Below are positions 18,690 through 28,367 of a stretch of 64,000 nucleotides of DNA, piece after piece. Every line of letters begins with the position of its first letter. Within the stretch, counting starts at the first letter, position 1. Source of the DNA: Candidatus Binataceae bacterium (GTDB lineage: Bacteria > Desulfobacterota > Binatia > Binatales > Binataceae); the NCBI GenBank assembly GCA_963789715.1, contig CAWBLQ010000011.1, forward strand, positions 9,263 through 73,262, in the 5' to 3' direction. A program made the translations under genes and the position numbers. The notes below the pieces were generated by a model. That model had not been told where the DNA came from. It did no database searches and saw nothing but the letters and a program-made list of their open reading frames with translations.

Positions 18690-19007
18690 ATGGCGGATGC
18701 GGATGAGAGGCTGCGTCGGCGCGAGCGGGATATCGGCGAATATGTCAGGGAGGAACCGCTGACGGCGCTGGCTATAGCCAGTGGCGTCGGATTCATCCTC
18801 GGCGGAGGCGCCAACAGCCGCATCGGGCTTGCGCTGCTGACTATAGTGGGACGAATCGCGCTGCGCGGGGCAGCCACCAGCTTCATCGTCGGCCTGGTCA
18901 CCGGCAATCCCGACAACCGAAAGGCGGACCGGGCAAAAGCTCGCGGCGGGAGCTATCGCAATGGAAACCATGACGACGGAAGAACAGATTTCCGCGATCC
19001 AGATTGA
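18690..19007 (+). CDS. Small membrane protein (YqjD-cluster member)
   Basis: GCGGAGA precedes the ATG at 18690. It has central TM helices (LTALAIASGVGFILGG...LLTIVGRIALRGAATSFIVGLVTG). Confidence 0.4.
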   Translation: MADADERLRRRERDIGEYVREEPLTALAIASGVGFILGGGANSRIGLALLTIVGRIALRGAATSFIVGLVTGNPDNRKADRAKARGGSYRNGNHDDGRTDFRDPD

Positions 19008-19254
19008 ACGCGACGACGCGCGCCAGGACCTGCGCGACACCTTGGCCGAGGTCAACGACAAAGTCGTACGCGTCGAAGGCGAGATGCGTCCCGACCATGT
19101 GATCGAGAGCCATCCGGTTGGAGCGTCGTTGATCGCCGGCGCGTTGGGCTTTCTGTTCGGCTCGATCTCCAATAGCCGCGGCGCGGGTCCAGTCATGATT
19201 GCGGCGCTGATCGGCTTCGCGATCTCAAAGCACGCGTCAAACGGTCAGGGCTAG
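18961..19254 (+). CDS. Small tail-anchored membrane protein
   Basis: It has an N-terminal coiled region and a C-terminal TM (SLIAGALGFLFGSI...VMIAALIGFAI). Confidence 0.4.
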   Translation: METMTTEEQISAIQIERDDARQDLRDTLAEVNDKVVRVEGEMRPDHVIESHPVGASLIAGALGFLFGSISNSRGAGPVMIAALIGFAISKHASNGQG

Positions 19255-19268
19255 AGCGCTACGAAGCC

Positions 19269-19631
19269 ATGACAGAAAAACAGTTACAAACCACCAACGG
19301 CGCGCCGGGGACCTTGCAGGATTGGCCGACGCTGGTGGGCCGGGCGGTGGACGACGTAACGCGCATCCTGCAGTCCGAGGCTCATATATTGCAGGCGAGC
19401 ATCGGCGGGGCGCTGGAGACGCGACTAGCTAATGCAATAGCTACTGTAACTGCAATCGCAGTGATGATTTGCGGCGCGGTATGCATACTGTGCGGCGCGA
19501 TACTGCTGCTTCATGAATGGCTGCCGCTGTGGCAGGCGTTCGGAATACCGGGCGTCGGCATCTTGCTGGTCGGGATCGCGTGCTACGCAATCATAAGGCC
19601 GCGAGCCGTGCACCAATCCACGGAGTCATGA
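19269..19631 (+). CDS. YqjE-like (DUF1469 / holin superfamily III-like) membrane protein
   Basis: It has two TM helices (IATVTAIAVMICGAVCILCGAILLL and VGILLVGIACYAII). The topology and size match YqjE-like proteins. Confidence 0.45.
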   Translation: MTEKQLQTTNGAPGTLQDWPTLVGRAVDDVTRILQSEAHILQASIGGALETRLANAIATVTAIAVMICGAVCILCGAILLLHEWLPLWQAFGIPGVGILLVGIACYAIIRPRAVHQSTES

Positions 19632-19635
19632 ACGA

Positions 19636-19863
19636 ATGAAGCCCATAGTAATAGTCGGAGTGATTATCGCCCTGCTCGGATTGTTGGGGCTGGCGATTCC
19701 GGAGTTCACGACCAACGATACCAAGAACGTCGTGACACTTGGCGACTTGAAGGTCCAGGCCACAGAACCGACTTCGCACAGCGTCCCGCCGATCGTGGCG
19801 GGCGCGGCGATTGTCATCGGCCTGGTGCTGGCCGGCAGCGGCCTCTACCAAAAATCCTCATAG
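19636..19863 (+). CDS. Small membrane protein
   Basis: It is 75 aa with two hydrophobic segments. Confidence 0.4.
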   Translation: MKPIVIVGVIIALLGLLGLAIPEFTTNDTKNVVTLGDLKVQATEPTSHSVPPIVAGAAIVIGLVLAGSGLYQKSS

Positions 19864-19880
19864 CGCCTCGCTTTCCGTAG

Positions 19881-20807
19881 TCATGCCGGGTCGGCGACCG
19901 AGGTGGCGGCGGCGATTTGGGCTGCGTCGCGAATCTGTCCGAAGTGGATTTTGCCGAGATCGAATTCCTCGAGCGCCTTGATCATGCTGGCCAGCGCCGC
20001 CTTGCAGGTCGGAAGGTTTTTTCGCGCGCGCGTGAGCGGATTGGATCGCGCGACGATGAAGTTCTTCAGATAGGGATGCATGAGGCCGCGCTTCTTGCCC
20101 GCGGCCACGAGTTCGACCGCCAATTCGTCGGCGCGCTCGACCTGGGCCGCACGTTCCTCGCGATCTTCAATCGCGTCCTTGAGCGGCTTGGCCAGGAACC
20201 CGTCCACGCGGCTGAGCAGGGACGCGTAGACGCCGCCCGAAAACCTGGGCTCCTTTTCATAGAGCAGCCCGAGCGTGATGAAATGCGCGCGCTCGAACTC
20301 GAAGGAGAAATCTTTCTCGACGGACTTGGGGCGTTCCTCGAGACGCGCGCGATACATCCGGATGACCTCGAGCGCCTTGTCGCGCAGGTTGTGAGCCTTC
20401 TCGGTGTTGAGCGCGAGGATCTGAAAGGCGACCTCGGGATCCGGTATCACAATCGCGGGAATCATTTTGGCGCCGGACTTTAACGCCGCAGCGCGGCGAT
20501 GGTTGCCGTTGGGAGTCCAGTAGGTTCCGGCGGAGTGAACGGCGACGATCGGCTCGGTGAAGCGGTCGAGCTTCTTCATCACTTCTATCATCCGCTTGAG
20601 ATGCGCCGGCGAGAGGTCGCGTTGATACGGCGTCGCGTCCACTTTCGCCAGCGGCAGCATCGCGAACAGATGCCAGTGATCGCCAATCGGCTCCTGATAG
20701 GCGGCCAGCGCCAAGCCGCCGTCGGCTTCGATCGTCGCCGCCAATTCAGTTACCGCGGCCGGGAGTTTTGCGCCGCGCGGAGCAATCGCTAATTCCACCA
20801 TGCTCAA
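19881..20807 (-). CDS. ParB/sulfiredoxin-like nuclease domain protein
   Basis: It has a ParB-N-like motif (TPNGNHRRAAALKSGAKMIPAIV). Confidence 0.65.
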   Translation of the reverse strand: MSMVELAIAPRGAKLPAAVTELAATIEADGGLALAAYQEPIGDHWHLFAMLPLAKVDATPYQRDLSPAHLKRMIEVMKKLDRFTEPIVAVHSAGTYWTPNGNHRRAAALKSGAKMIPAIVIPDPEVAFQILALNTEKAHNLRDKALEVIRMYRARLEERPKSVEKDFSFEFERAHFITLGLLYEKEPRFSGGVYASLLSRVDGFLAKPLKDAIEDREERAAQVERADELAVELVAAGKKRGLMHPYLKNFIVARSNPLTRARKNLPTCKAALASMIKALEEFDLGKIHFGQIRDAAQIAAATSVADPA

Positions 20808-20845
20808 GCTTGTAGTGGATGGACGGCCTCGCGGACAAACGGAGA

Positions 20846-21499
20846 TTACTGCGGAGCAGCGGCGCCGCCGACCGCGACGATATGAAAGCGAACCGTCGCT
20901 TCGTCGCCGGCCAGGATCGCGTGGAACAACACGCCGGGAACCTTGACGCCGAAATCTTCGTAATTGAACTTCACCTCGCCGTCGCCCGCGAAGACGCCGT
21001 CCGGGCTGAGGGTCGCGTGGACCGACATGGTCATGGCGTGCGCTTCGCCGTGAAGAGTAAGGAATCCGGTGACGATCGCGGTGCCTTCGCGCGGATTGGT
21101 CATCACGATCCCAACGACGCTGTTGCTCTCGAATCCGATAGTAGGGAATTTGTCGGCCTCGAGGGATTTTTCGGTGACGGATCGATCGCGCGACGAATTG
21201 CCGCTGTTGTAGCTGCTCGCGTCGATAAGGATTCTGACCTTCGCGGTGCCCGAGATGTTGGCGGGATCGCCGCTGACCGCGCCATCGATTATGCGGAAGG
21301 TCCCCGTAGCGCTGCCGCGAATGAACGCGGCCGGCTCCGCGACCGACACGCTGACCGTGCTCCGGTCGGCGTCTATTTTGAATCGCAGCGTGGCCGCGCC
21401 GGCGGCATCCGTCTCGATAACAATCAGCGCGAATGCGCCGGCCAGCGCAATGGGCGCGCGCGTGAGGAAGGCGCGAAATTTATCTGCGGACCTTTTCAA
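20846..21499 (-). CDS. YceI-like periplasmic protein
   Basis: It has a YceI-like core (ATLRFKIDADRSTVSVSV..., KFNYEDFG). I inferred a TTG start at 21499 that gives a signal peptide. The upstream part of the 394-aa track ORF is Arg-rich junk overlapping the permease gene. Confidence 0.7.
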   Translation of the reverse strand: MKRSADKFRAFLTRAPIALAGAFALIVIETDAAGAATLRFKIDADRSTVSVSVAEPAAFIRGSATGTFRIIDGAVSGDPANISGTAKVRILIDASSYNSGNSSRDRSVTEKSLEADKFPTIGFESNSVVGIVMTNPREGTAIVTGFLTLHGEAHAMTMSVHATLSPDGVFAGDGEVKFNYEDFGVKVPGVLFHAILAGDEATVRFHIVAVGGAAAPQ

Positions 21500-21525
21500 T
21501 TGGCAAGTGCTCCATCGTCGTGCGA

Positions 21526-23265
21526 TCAGCCGAAACGGCGGCGCGCGATTGCGACGCCGATAACGGTATAGATGATTCCGAATCCGAAATTGACGGCGGT
21601 GGGAACCAGCGCGCTTGACGCAGCGAGGTTGCGGATCATCAAATCGTTGAAGGCGCGCATCGCCCACGTGGTCGGCAGCGCGAGGGCCAGCTGCTGCATC
21701 CAGGCGGGTTCGAAGTCTATAGGCCACCAGCAGCCGCCGATCGCCGCCATCGTCATGATCACGATTGCACCCACGGGCAGCACGGCGTCGCGCGTCCGTC
21801 CGATTCCGGCGACGATCAAGCCGAAGGCCGCGCCCGCGAAAGCGATCGCCCCGGCGGGAAGTAGAAGGGCAGCCGGTGTGCGGCCGAGTGAAATTCTGAA
21901 CAACACGTATCCGGCGGCGAACAGTACCGCCATCTGAACAAACCCGACTACGAAACGGGCGAGCAGCTTTCCGGTGAGCGTCGTCGACAGTGGCGCCGAC
22001 GCCGAGCGCAGGCGTTCCAGAGTGCCCCAATCGTGCTCGTCGATCAGCGCCAACGACACGCCCATCAACATCCCGATCAAGAGAAAGGTTACGGCGAAAC
22101 CCGGCACCTGGAGATCGAAGGCGTTGAATCCCGCGAACTCGCCGATTTCCCTGCCAGCCAGATCTACCTCCGTGAGCCCGAGCGTGCCGGGGATCGCCAG
22201 GTTGGGATCGATTACCGGCACTTCGGGAATGGTGACGAGCGGAATTTTTGGCGCCGCCGGCAGCTCGGGCAGGTTGAGATCGATCCGCGGAATAGTAAGC
22301 GCGCCTTCGAGCCTGCTCCGGGCGTCCCTGAGATCTGCGACGGGTGCGAGCTTGATTCCGCCGAGATCCAGATCGGCCGGCGGAGTCGGCATGGAAGGCG
22401 GCGCAGGGATATCGGCGGCATGACTGCCGGCCAGTTGCTGCAGCTGGCCGAACCAGGTCTCGAACTGGCCGTGCGCAATCTCGAGGCGGTTCAGATAGTC
22501 CTTGAGCTCATCGAGTTTCGCCTGCTGCGCGGCGGTGTCGGCGTCGAGTTTGCGCTGGATACGATCCAACTCGGTGTCAAGCGCAAGCCTGGTTCGATCG
22601 CGCGCGTTGGTCAGAGCAGTCTCGAGATGCGCGTGAATCCGCGCAGCAGCAGCAGCTCGCGATGCGGTGGCTTGCGTGGTGAGGCGGGCGGCTTCGGCGC
22701 GCGCTTGCGCGGCAGAGTCGCGCGCCCGATCGAGCTGGGAGGTCAAGCTGCGAGTCTGCTCGGCGGCCTGACTGCGCGCCTCAGCGGCGGCGCCGGCGCT
22801 GATGTTCCTGCACATCTCCGCAAGGGTCAGCTCGATCTTTGTCGTTTGCAGATACTTAACCGGATCGGTGTAGAGAATGAGCCGTGCGGCGCGGCCGTGT
22901 TCGATCGCGCCGGTGGTTCCGGGAGGAATGACTATTCCTACCACCGCCAGTCTTCGCTCGCGGACGGTCTGCTGCATGTCGGCGCGGCTCGAAGAACGAA
23001 TGACGGACAGGTCGGGCTGATGCGCGATGGCGTCGAGGATCGCGTGCGCGACGGCGCCGTGGTCCTCGTCGAGAACCGCCACCGAATATTCGCCGCGCGG
23101 AGCGGTTCGACCGCCGTAGATTTTCGCCAGCGAGAAACCGGCGGCCGCGATGACGGCGATCGGCGCGACCAGCAGCATAAACAAGCCGACGCGATCGCGA
23201 CGGATGAGCAGGAATTCCTTGCCAATCGTCAGCCACACCGCGCGCAGCATCATCACCTCAAGCAA
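21526..23265 (-). CDS. ABC-2 family transporter permease with a large extracytoplasmic coiled-coil domain
   Basis: The N-terminus (KEFLLIRRDRVGLFMLLVAP) and the C-terminal 5-TM region are typical of ABC-2 permeases (YhhJ/YhgE-like). Confidence 0.8.
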   Translation of the reverse strand: MLEVMMLRAVWLTIGKEFLLIRRDRVGLFMLLVAPIAVIAAAGFSLAKIYGGRTAPRGEYSVAVLDEDHGAVAHAILDAIAHQPDLSVIRSSSRADMQQTVRERRLAVVGIVIPPGTTGAIEHGRAARLILYTDPVKYLQTTKIELTLAEMCRNISAGAAAEARSQAAEQTRSLTSQLDRARDSAAQARAEAARLTTQATASRAAAAARIHAHLETALTNARDRTRLALDTELDRIQRKLDADTAAQQAKLDELKDYLNRLEIAHGQFETWFGQLQQLAGSHAADIPAPPSMPTPPADLDLGGIKLAPVADLRDARSRLEGALTIPRIDLNLPELPAAPKIPLVTIPEVPVIDPNLAIPGTLGLTEVDLAGREIGEFAGFNAFDLQVPGFAVTFLLIGMLMGVSLALIDEHDWGTLERLRSASAPLSTTLTGKLLARFVVGFVQMAVLFAAGYVLFRISLGRTPAALLLPAGAIAFAGAAFGLIVAGIGRTRDAVLPVGAIVIMTMAAIGGCWWPIDFEPAWMQQLALALPTTWAMRAFNDLMIRNLAASSALVPTAVNFGFGIIYTVIGVAIARRRFG

Positions 23266-23295
23266 CCCAAGCCGTTGGCGTGGGACATATCATTT

Positions 23296-24246
23296 TCATG
23301 GCGCGTCGCGAAGCGCGTGGCCGGTGAGTTTGAGGAACGCGTCCTGGAGATTGGGGCGATGGACGTGGAATTCGACGACCTCGTCGCCGACCTCGCCGGC
23401 GCGGCGAATCACGTCGGGCACCTGGTCGAGCGTGCGCAGCGTGGCCGCAGCCGCGAAACCGTCGAGCACCTCCCATGGCAGCTCGCTGACGCCGGTGATT
23501 CCGTTGGACCATCCGGGCGCCAACGCTTTCTTGGTCATGATTTCGATCCGCGGTTCGGTCCCCGCCAACGCGATCAGTTCGCGGTCGGTACCCTGGGCGA
23601 CTATTTTTCCATGATCGATCAGTACGATCCGGTTGCATAGCCGTTCAGCTTCTTCCATGTAGTGCGTGCTGTAGAGAATCGCGCCGCCAGCTTGCGCGGC
23701 GGCCTCGACGACCGCGAAGATCCGTCCGCGCGATTGCGGATCGACGCCGACGGTTGGCTCGTCAAGCATGATCGCCGCCGGGGAATGCATCATTCCGCAA
23801 GCGATGTTCAACCGGCGCATCATGCCGCCGGAAAATTCGTTGACCACGTCGCCAGCGCGATCGCCGAGGCCAACTTCCTCCAGCAAAGTGCGGGCATGGC
23901 TGAGCGCGTCGCGCCAGGCCATCCCCTGGATCCGTCCCCAGAATAGGAGATTCTCGAGCGCGGTGAGAGTGGGATAAAGAGCGAGCGACTGCGGCACCAG
24001 GCCGAGGCTTCTGCGGGCCAGGCGCGGCTCGGTGGCCAGATCGTGAGTCGCAATCAAGGCGCGGCCCGAGTCGGGAGCGATCACGCCCGACAGAATCGAG
24101 AGCGTGGTGGTCTTGCCGGCGCCGTTGGGACCGAGCAGGCCGACGATCTCGCCGGCGTTCACAGCAAACGATACGCCGTCGAGCGCAACGCGACGGCCGT
24201 AGCGCTTGCGGAGATCCTCGGCGCGGATCATGGGGCCCGAGTTCAT
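23296..24246 (-). CDS. ABC transporter ATP-binding protein
   Basis: It has Walker A (GLLGPNGAGKTT), an ABC signature (FSGGMMRRLNIA) and Walker B (IMLDEPT). Confidence 0.9.
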   Translation of the reverse strand: MNSGPMIRAEDLRKRYGRRVALDGVSFAVNAGEIVGLLGPNGAGKTTTLSILSGVIAPDSGRALIATHDLATEPRLARRSLGLVPQSLALYPTLTALENLLFWGRIQGMAWRDALSHARTLLEEVGLGDRAGDVVNEFSGGMMRRLNIACGMMHSPAAIMLDEPTVGVDPQSRGRIFAVVEAAAQAGGAILYSTHYMEEAERLCNRIVLIDHGKIVAQGTDRELIALAGTEPRIEIMTKKALAPGWSNGITGVSELPWEVLDGFAAAATLRTLDQVPDVIRRAGEVGDEVVEFHVHRPNLQDAFLKLTGHALRDAP

Positions 24247-24286
24247 CGACGATGAACCACGGAGGCGCGGGATTTCAGGTCGGCAT

Positions 24287-24679
24287 TCAGCGGTAACTCA
24301 CCATCTCGAGCAGGTTGCCGTCGGGATCGAGGAAGTAGATGCAGTCGTGATCGCCCCAATCGATAGGCGCGGCGCTCTCGACTCCGGCGGCCGCGAGGCG
24401 CTCACGCGCTCCGGCAAAATCGGCGGCCTTCACCTTGAACGCATGATGACCGCGGCCGAGCGGGTGAGCGATGATCGATAAGCGTGCCGCGTCGTCGAGC
24501 GGCGGGCGCGGCACCTCGAACAGGGCAAGGTTTTGGCCGCCGCAATCGAGCAAAACCTGATCGCCGAAACGGTTAACGACTTGAAGTCCCAGGACGCCGG
24601 TGTAGAAGCGCTCCGCGCGCGCAAGGTCCGCCACTTCGATGCCAAAATGATCGAGCCGCTCGAGTTTCATCGCGGGCAC
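24287..24679 (-). CDS. VOC (glyoxalase/bleomycin resistance) family protein
   Basis: It has an LDHFGIEV...HHAFKV...IYFLDPDGNLLE pattern. Confidence 0.85.
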   Translation of the reverse strand: MPAMKLERLDHFGIEVADLARAERFYTGVLGLQVVNRFGDQVLLDCGGQNLALFEVPRPPLDDAARLSIIAHPLGRGHHAFKVKAADFAGARERLAAAGVESAAPIDWGDHDCIYFLDPDGNLLEMVSYR

Positions 24680-24708
24680 CGGATCAGATTATCCACGAGT
24701 GCCGATGA

Positions 24709-27099
24709 TTAGGAAGATGCGGCTAGCGAGCGACCCTCGAGGTCGAGCCGCTTCGATGCGACTACGCGTTCCTTCTCGCTGCGGATGAAGGCGGGATCGA
24801 AAGTGACGATCAAGACGGGCAGAATGGTCATCGCACCGAGCATCGAAACGAACATCCAGACCGCCAGCAGCAGGCCCATTTCGGCGTCGAAGCGGATACT
24901 CGACCAGTACCAGAACAAGACCGACGCGACGAGCGTCAGCGCGGTGAAGGCGACCGCCTTGCCCGAGGTGATCAAGGCGATATAGGTACTCTCCTTGAGC
25001 TCGTGGCCGGCGGCAAGTTCCTCGATAATCCGGCTGACTATATAAATGGAATAGTCAATCCCGAATCCGACGCCGACAGTGACTACCGGCAGAGTATTGA
25101 TATTTATGCCTATGTCGTGGGCGCCCATGTAGGCATTGATCGCGGCATTAGCGAGCGCGAGAGGGAATAACAAGTAGAGTCCAGCCATGAATGAGCGATA
25201 GGTTATGAGTATTATTATGTAGATAGTAGCGAAGGCGAGTACGTTGAGCAAAAGATCATTGTCGATGATTTCCTGATTGGCGGCGGCGAGCTCGCCGATG
25301 ATTCCGGCGGCGAGAGAAAACGTCACGCCGCGCACCTGATGCTCGGGCTCGGCGAAGAAGCGCTGAGTGCGCAAGACGATCCGTTGGACGTTTTCACCCT
25401 CGCGATCCTTGGTATACACCGTCATCTGGGTGGCGTCGCGCCGCGGCGTGATGATGTAGGCGGTCGAGAGCGGCGACGCGCCCGCCAGCAGTCCGCCGAG
25501 CAACTGTCCGGTGCCGCGTGCGGTGGTCGGCAGCACGTTCCACTTGGGCTGGAACTCCCTGAGCGCGGAGCCGCCGTTGGACACCAGGTCGGCAACCGAG
25601 AATGTGCGCCCCACCGCGGGATCGCGTTCCATGTAGCGCTCGTACTCGTCCATGACGTGGTAGAGCTTGGGGTCGTTGAGCGATTCACGCCTGGCGAGTT
25701 CCGCGACGACGACGAACTGCTCGATCGCGCCGAACTCGCTCTGGATCGCGGCCATCGAGCGGTTGTACGCCGAATTGGGCCACAGGATCGGCGATTCAGA
25801 CGACGGATCGCCGACCTTGAGGCCGGACCAGAAAAAAGCGCACAGCGCGATCACCGCGACGGTAGCGATGAAGGTGGCGACCCGGCCCGTTCTTTCCAGC
25901 ATCGGCCTGGCGGTCGACATCAGCATTCGCTTGAAGAAGCCGTGCTCGCGGCGCTCGATCACCTCGATGCGCGGCGGGTCGAGGTAGTAGTACACGATGG
26001 GATTGAGGATCAGCTCGCTCACGATGATGGCGGCGATCCAGAAGCTCGCGGTGATCGCGAGTTTCTGCAGAAACAGCACCGGCACCAGCAGGATGACGAG
26101 CACACCGAACGCGTCGGTCAGAATTCCCGAAAGCGATGGAACGAACAGCTCGGAAAACGACGACAGGATGGCCTTTTCCTTGTCGCGCAGGCGGTAGAAC
26201 TCCTCGTAGTACCGATCGTGCATCTGCACCGAATGGCTGACGGCGCGCGCGGTTATCAGGAACGGGATGACGAGCACCAGCGGGTCGAGTCCGAAGCCCA
26301 CCAGGCGGATGAAGCCGAGGCCCCAAATTGCACAAATAACGCCGGAGATCGTCGGCCGCAGCGCTCCCCGCCAATCGCGAAAATAGAGATAGAGCAGGAT
26401 CCAGACCGCGAGCACGGTGGCGACAAAGATCCAGAGAAATTCCGGCGTGTAGTGATACACCCAGCCGTAAAGGATCGGCTGTCCGCCGTAGTAGATATGC
26501 ACCGTCGCGTCGCGCTCGGGGTCAACGACGATGTGCCGAATCTCGTCGAAGATGCGCGTGTAGTCGAGCCGCGATTCGAGGAAGCTGCCCTCGATCACCG
26601 CCGCCCGGTCGTCGAGCGAGACGAAGCGGCCGAAGATCACGCCGGGATTTTTGTGGACGTTGCTCTCGAGTTCCTCAAGGTCGCCGGCGGTTTTGGGAAT
26701 GTCGCCGTTGGGCAGTATGGGCGTATTGAGAATCACCCCGCCGGCCAGCGGACGGAAATAGCTCGAGGTCGAGATCGAGCGTACCGAGCCATGCTGGATG
26801 CCGTAAACGAGATCCATGTCCTGCGTCATCCGGACGATCTTCTTGATGATATCGGAGGTGTAAATCGTCCCCTCTTTCGCCTCGATCATGATCGTGACGT
26901 TGTTGACGCTGCCGAAATACTGATCGTACTTGTGCGCGACCTGGATGAACGGATGGTTCTGCGGGAGCAGGTCGCCGAAGCTGGTGACGAGCTGGGTCTG
27001 CGCCGCGTAGTAGCCGAAGAAAGCGGTGAGCACGCCGACGACGCCCAGCACGATGAAGCGCCGGCGCAGAATCCATTCACCAAAACGGTACCAGGTCAT
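24709..27099 (-). CDS. MMPL/RND-superfamily exporter
   Basis: It is about 796 aa from the ATG at 27099 and has two 6-TM bundles with large periplasmic loops, which is COG1033-like. The upstream part of the 855-aa track ORF is Arg-rich junk. Confidence 0.82.
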   Translation of the reverse strand: MTWYRFGEWILRRRFIVLGVVGVLTAFFGYYAAQTQLVTSFGDLLPQNHPFIQVAHKYDQYFGSVNNVTIMIEAKEGTIYTSDIIKKIVRMTQDMDLVYGIQHGSVRSISTSSYFRPLAGGVILNTPILPNGDIPKTAGDLEELESNVHKNPGVIFGRFVSLDDRAAVIEGSFLESRLDYTRIFDEIRHIVVDPERDATVHIYYGGQPILYGWVYHYTPEFLWIFVATVLAVWILLYLYFRDWRGALRPTISGVICAIWGLGFIRLVGFGLDPLVLVIPFLITARAVSHSVQMHDRYYEEFYRLRDKEKAILSSFSELFVPSLSGILTDAFGVLVILLVPVLFLQKLAITASFWIAAIIVSELILNPIVYYYLDPPRIEVIERREHGFFKRMLMSTARPMLERTGRVATFIATVAVIALCAFFWSGLKVGDPSSESPILWPNSAYNRSMAAIQSEFGAIEQFVVVAELARRESLNDPKLYHVMDEYERYMERDPAVGRTFSVADLVSNGGSALREFQPKWNVLPTTARGTGQLLGGLLAGASPLSTAYIITPRRDATQMTVYTKDREGENVQRIVLRTQRFFAEPEHQVRGVTFSLAAGIIGELAAANQEIIDNDLLLNVLAFATIYIIILITYRSFMAGLYLLFPLALANAAINAYMGAHDIGININTLPVVTVGVGFGIDYSIYIVSRIIEELAAGHELKESTYIALITSGKAVAFTALTLVASVLFWYWSSIRFDAEMGLLLAVWMFVSMLGAMTILPVLIVTFDPAFIRSEKERVVASKRLDLEGRSLAASS

Positions 27100-27136
27100 T
27101 GCGTTCTCCGCAGTCCTCTGGTTCGCGCGTTCGCGC

Positions 27137-28315
27137 TCAACCCTGGCAGAAGCGCCACGTCTTGCCACCGTCCTCGGTGTAAAGGATCGTGCCGTAGCCG
27201 ACGATCCATCCGTGCTGTGCGTCGAAGAACCGCGCCTGGCTGAGCGGAAACGGTATCGCCGGCACCGACGCGTCATGCGCCCACGCGCCGTTGGGCTGCA
27301 GGCGCAGCACGGTGCCCGTCAGTCCGGTGGTGATTCCCTGGTCGCCGCCAAACAAATCGATCGAGAACAGCGGATCGCGCGCCGGAATCTGCGGCGCTCC
27401 CGGGATCAAAGCGTCAGGCGCCGCGCCCGGCTTGTCCGCCTGGTGTACAAAGCGCCAGCTCTTGCCGCCGTCATCGGTTTGTATCACCCATCCCTCGAGT
27501 CCGCACGCCGCGCCATGCTTTTGATCGCGGAACGAGACGCTGAAAAAAGTCGGCAGCAGAAAATCGGCGAAGCGCGGATCGTCGTTGGGCGTGAGCGCAC
27601 GTTTCCATTGCGGCAGCAGCGATTGCTGCTGCTCCTGCCAGCTCTTGCCGCCATTGTCGGTCGCCCAGATTCGCCCGAGCTCGCCGACCACCCAGCCGTG
27701 ATCGACATCGAGAAAACTCGCGCTGTAAAGCACCGGCTCCTCGTACGGCAGCGCGTAGTCGGCCAGTTCCCCCGGAAAGAGCCGCTGCAACTGGCGCTTG
27801 GTGAAACTCTCGCCGCCATTGGTCGTGCTCAACACCAGCGCGCGGTCGCCGACAAAGTAACCATGCAGCGCGTCGGGAAACGACAGGCCGAAAATGAACA
27901 GGTGCGTTCGCGAGTTAAGCCGCTCCCACGTCTGGCCGCCGTCGCGCGTGCGCATCACGAGGCCGTCCTGCCCGCACAGGTAGCCGTTATGATCGTCGGT
28001 CATCTGGATGCCGAAGATGCCCAACTGGCTGCCAATGTCGATTCGCTTGAAGTGACGGCCGCCGTCCTCGGTCAGCAGCACCTTGCCCCGATCGCCGACG
28101 ACAAACGCGCGCGTCGGGCTGGTCGGCCATACATCGAAAAACTTGTCGGTCAGCGTAATGTTGCGCAGCGGCAACGGCGGCATCGCAACTTCGCGATGAC
28201 ACGCGCCGGCGGCAAGCGCGATTAGCACAAATAGCGTCTTGATTAAGCGGTATGCGCGGAGGTTTCGCTCCATTCGGCCCGATCCCAAGGAAAAATTTGC
28301 TCTATACTCAAGCAA
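27137..28315 (-). CDS. Ycf48-like / BNR-repeat beta-propeller protein (photosystem II assembly factor homolog)
   Basis: It has repeated DGGxxW and TxDGGxTW motifs (TEDGGRHF, TRDGGQTWERL, TNGGESF, TDNGGKSWQEQ, TDDGGKSWRF, TEDGGKTWRF). A possible signal peptide follows M15. Confidence 0.75.
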   Translation of the reverse strand: MLEYRANFSLGSGRMERNLRAYRLIKTLFVLIALAAGACHREVAMPPLPLRNITLTDKFFDVWPTSPTRAFVVGDRGKVLLTEDGGRHFKRIDIGSQLGIFGIQMTDDHNGYLCGQDGLVMRTRDGGQTWERLNSRTHLFIFGLSFPDALHGYFVGDRALVLSTTNGGESFTKRQLQRLFPGELADYALPYEEPVLYSASFLDVDHGWVVGELGRIWATDNGGKSWQEQQQSLLPQWKRALTPNDDPRFADFLLPTFFSVSFRDQKHGAACGLEGWVIQTDDGGKSWRFVHQADKPGAAPDALIPGAPQIPARDPLFSIDLFGGDQGITTGLTGTVLRLQPNGAWAHDASVPAIPFPLSQARFFDAQHGWIVGYGTILYTEDGGKTWRFCQG

Positions 28316-28367
28316 ACCCGCCAGCTTAGCAAGTCGTATTCTGAGGGCAAAAAAATCGGCCGTAAGT

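Noticed and set aside
21500-22030. N-terminal 177 codons of the 394-aa YceI track ORF
   Set aside because: It is an Arg-rich read-through overlapping the permease gene. The YceI domain starts downstream, so I used the TTG start at 21499.
22033-23640. 535-aa plus-strand ORF
   Set aside because: It is antisense to the ABC-2 permease and ATPase genes.
25339-27243. 634-aa plus-strand ORF
   Set aside because: It is antisense to the MMPL exporter gene.
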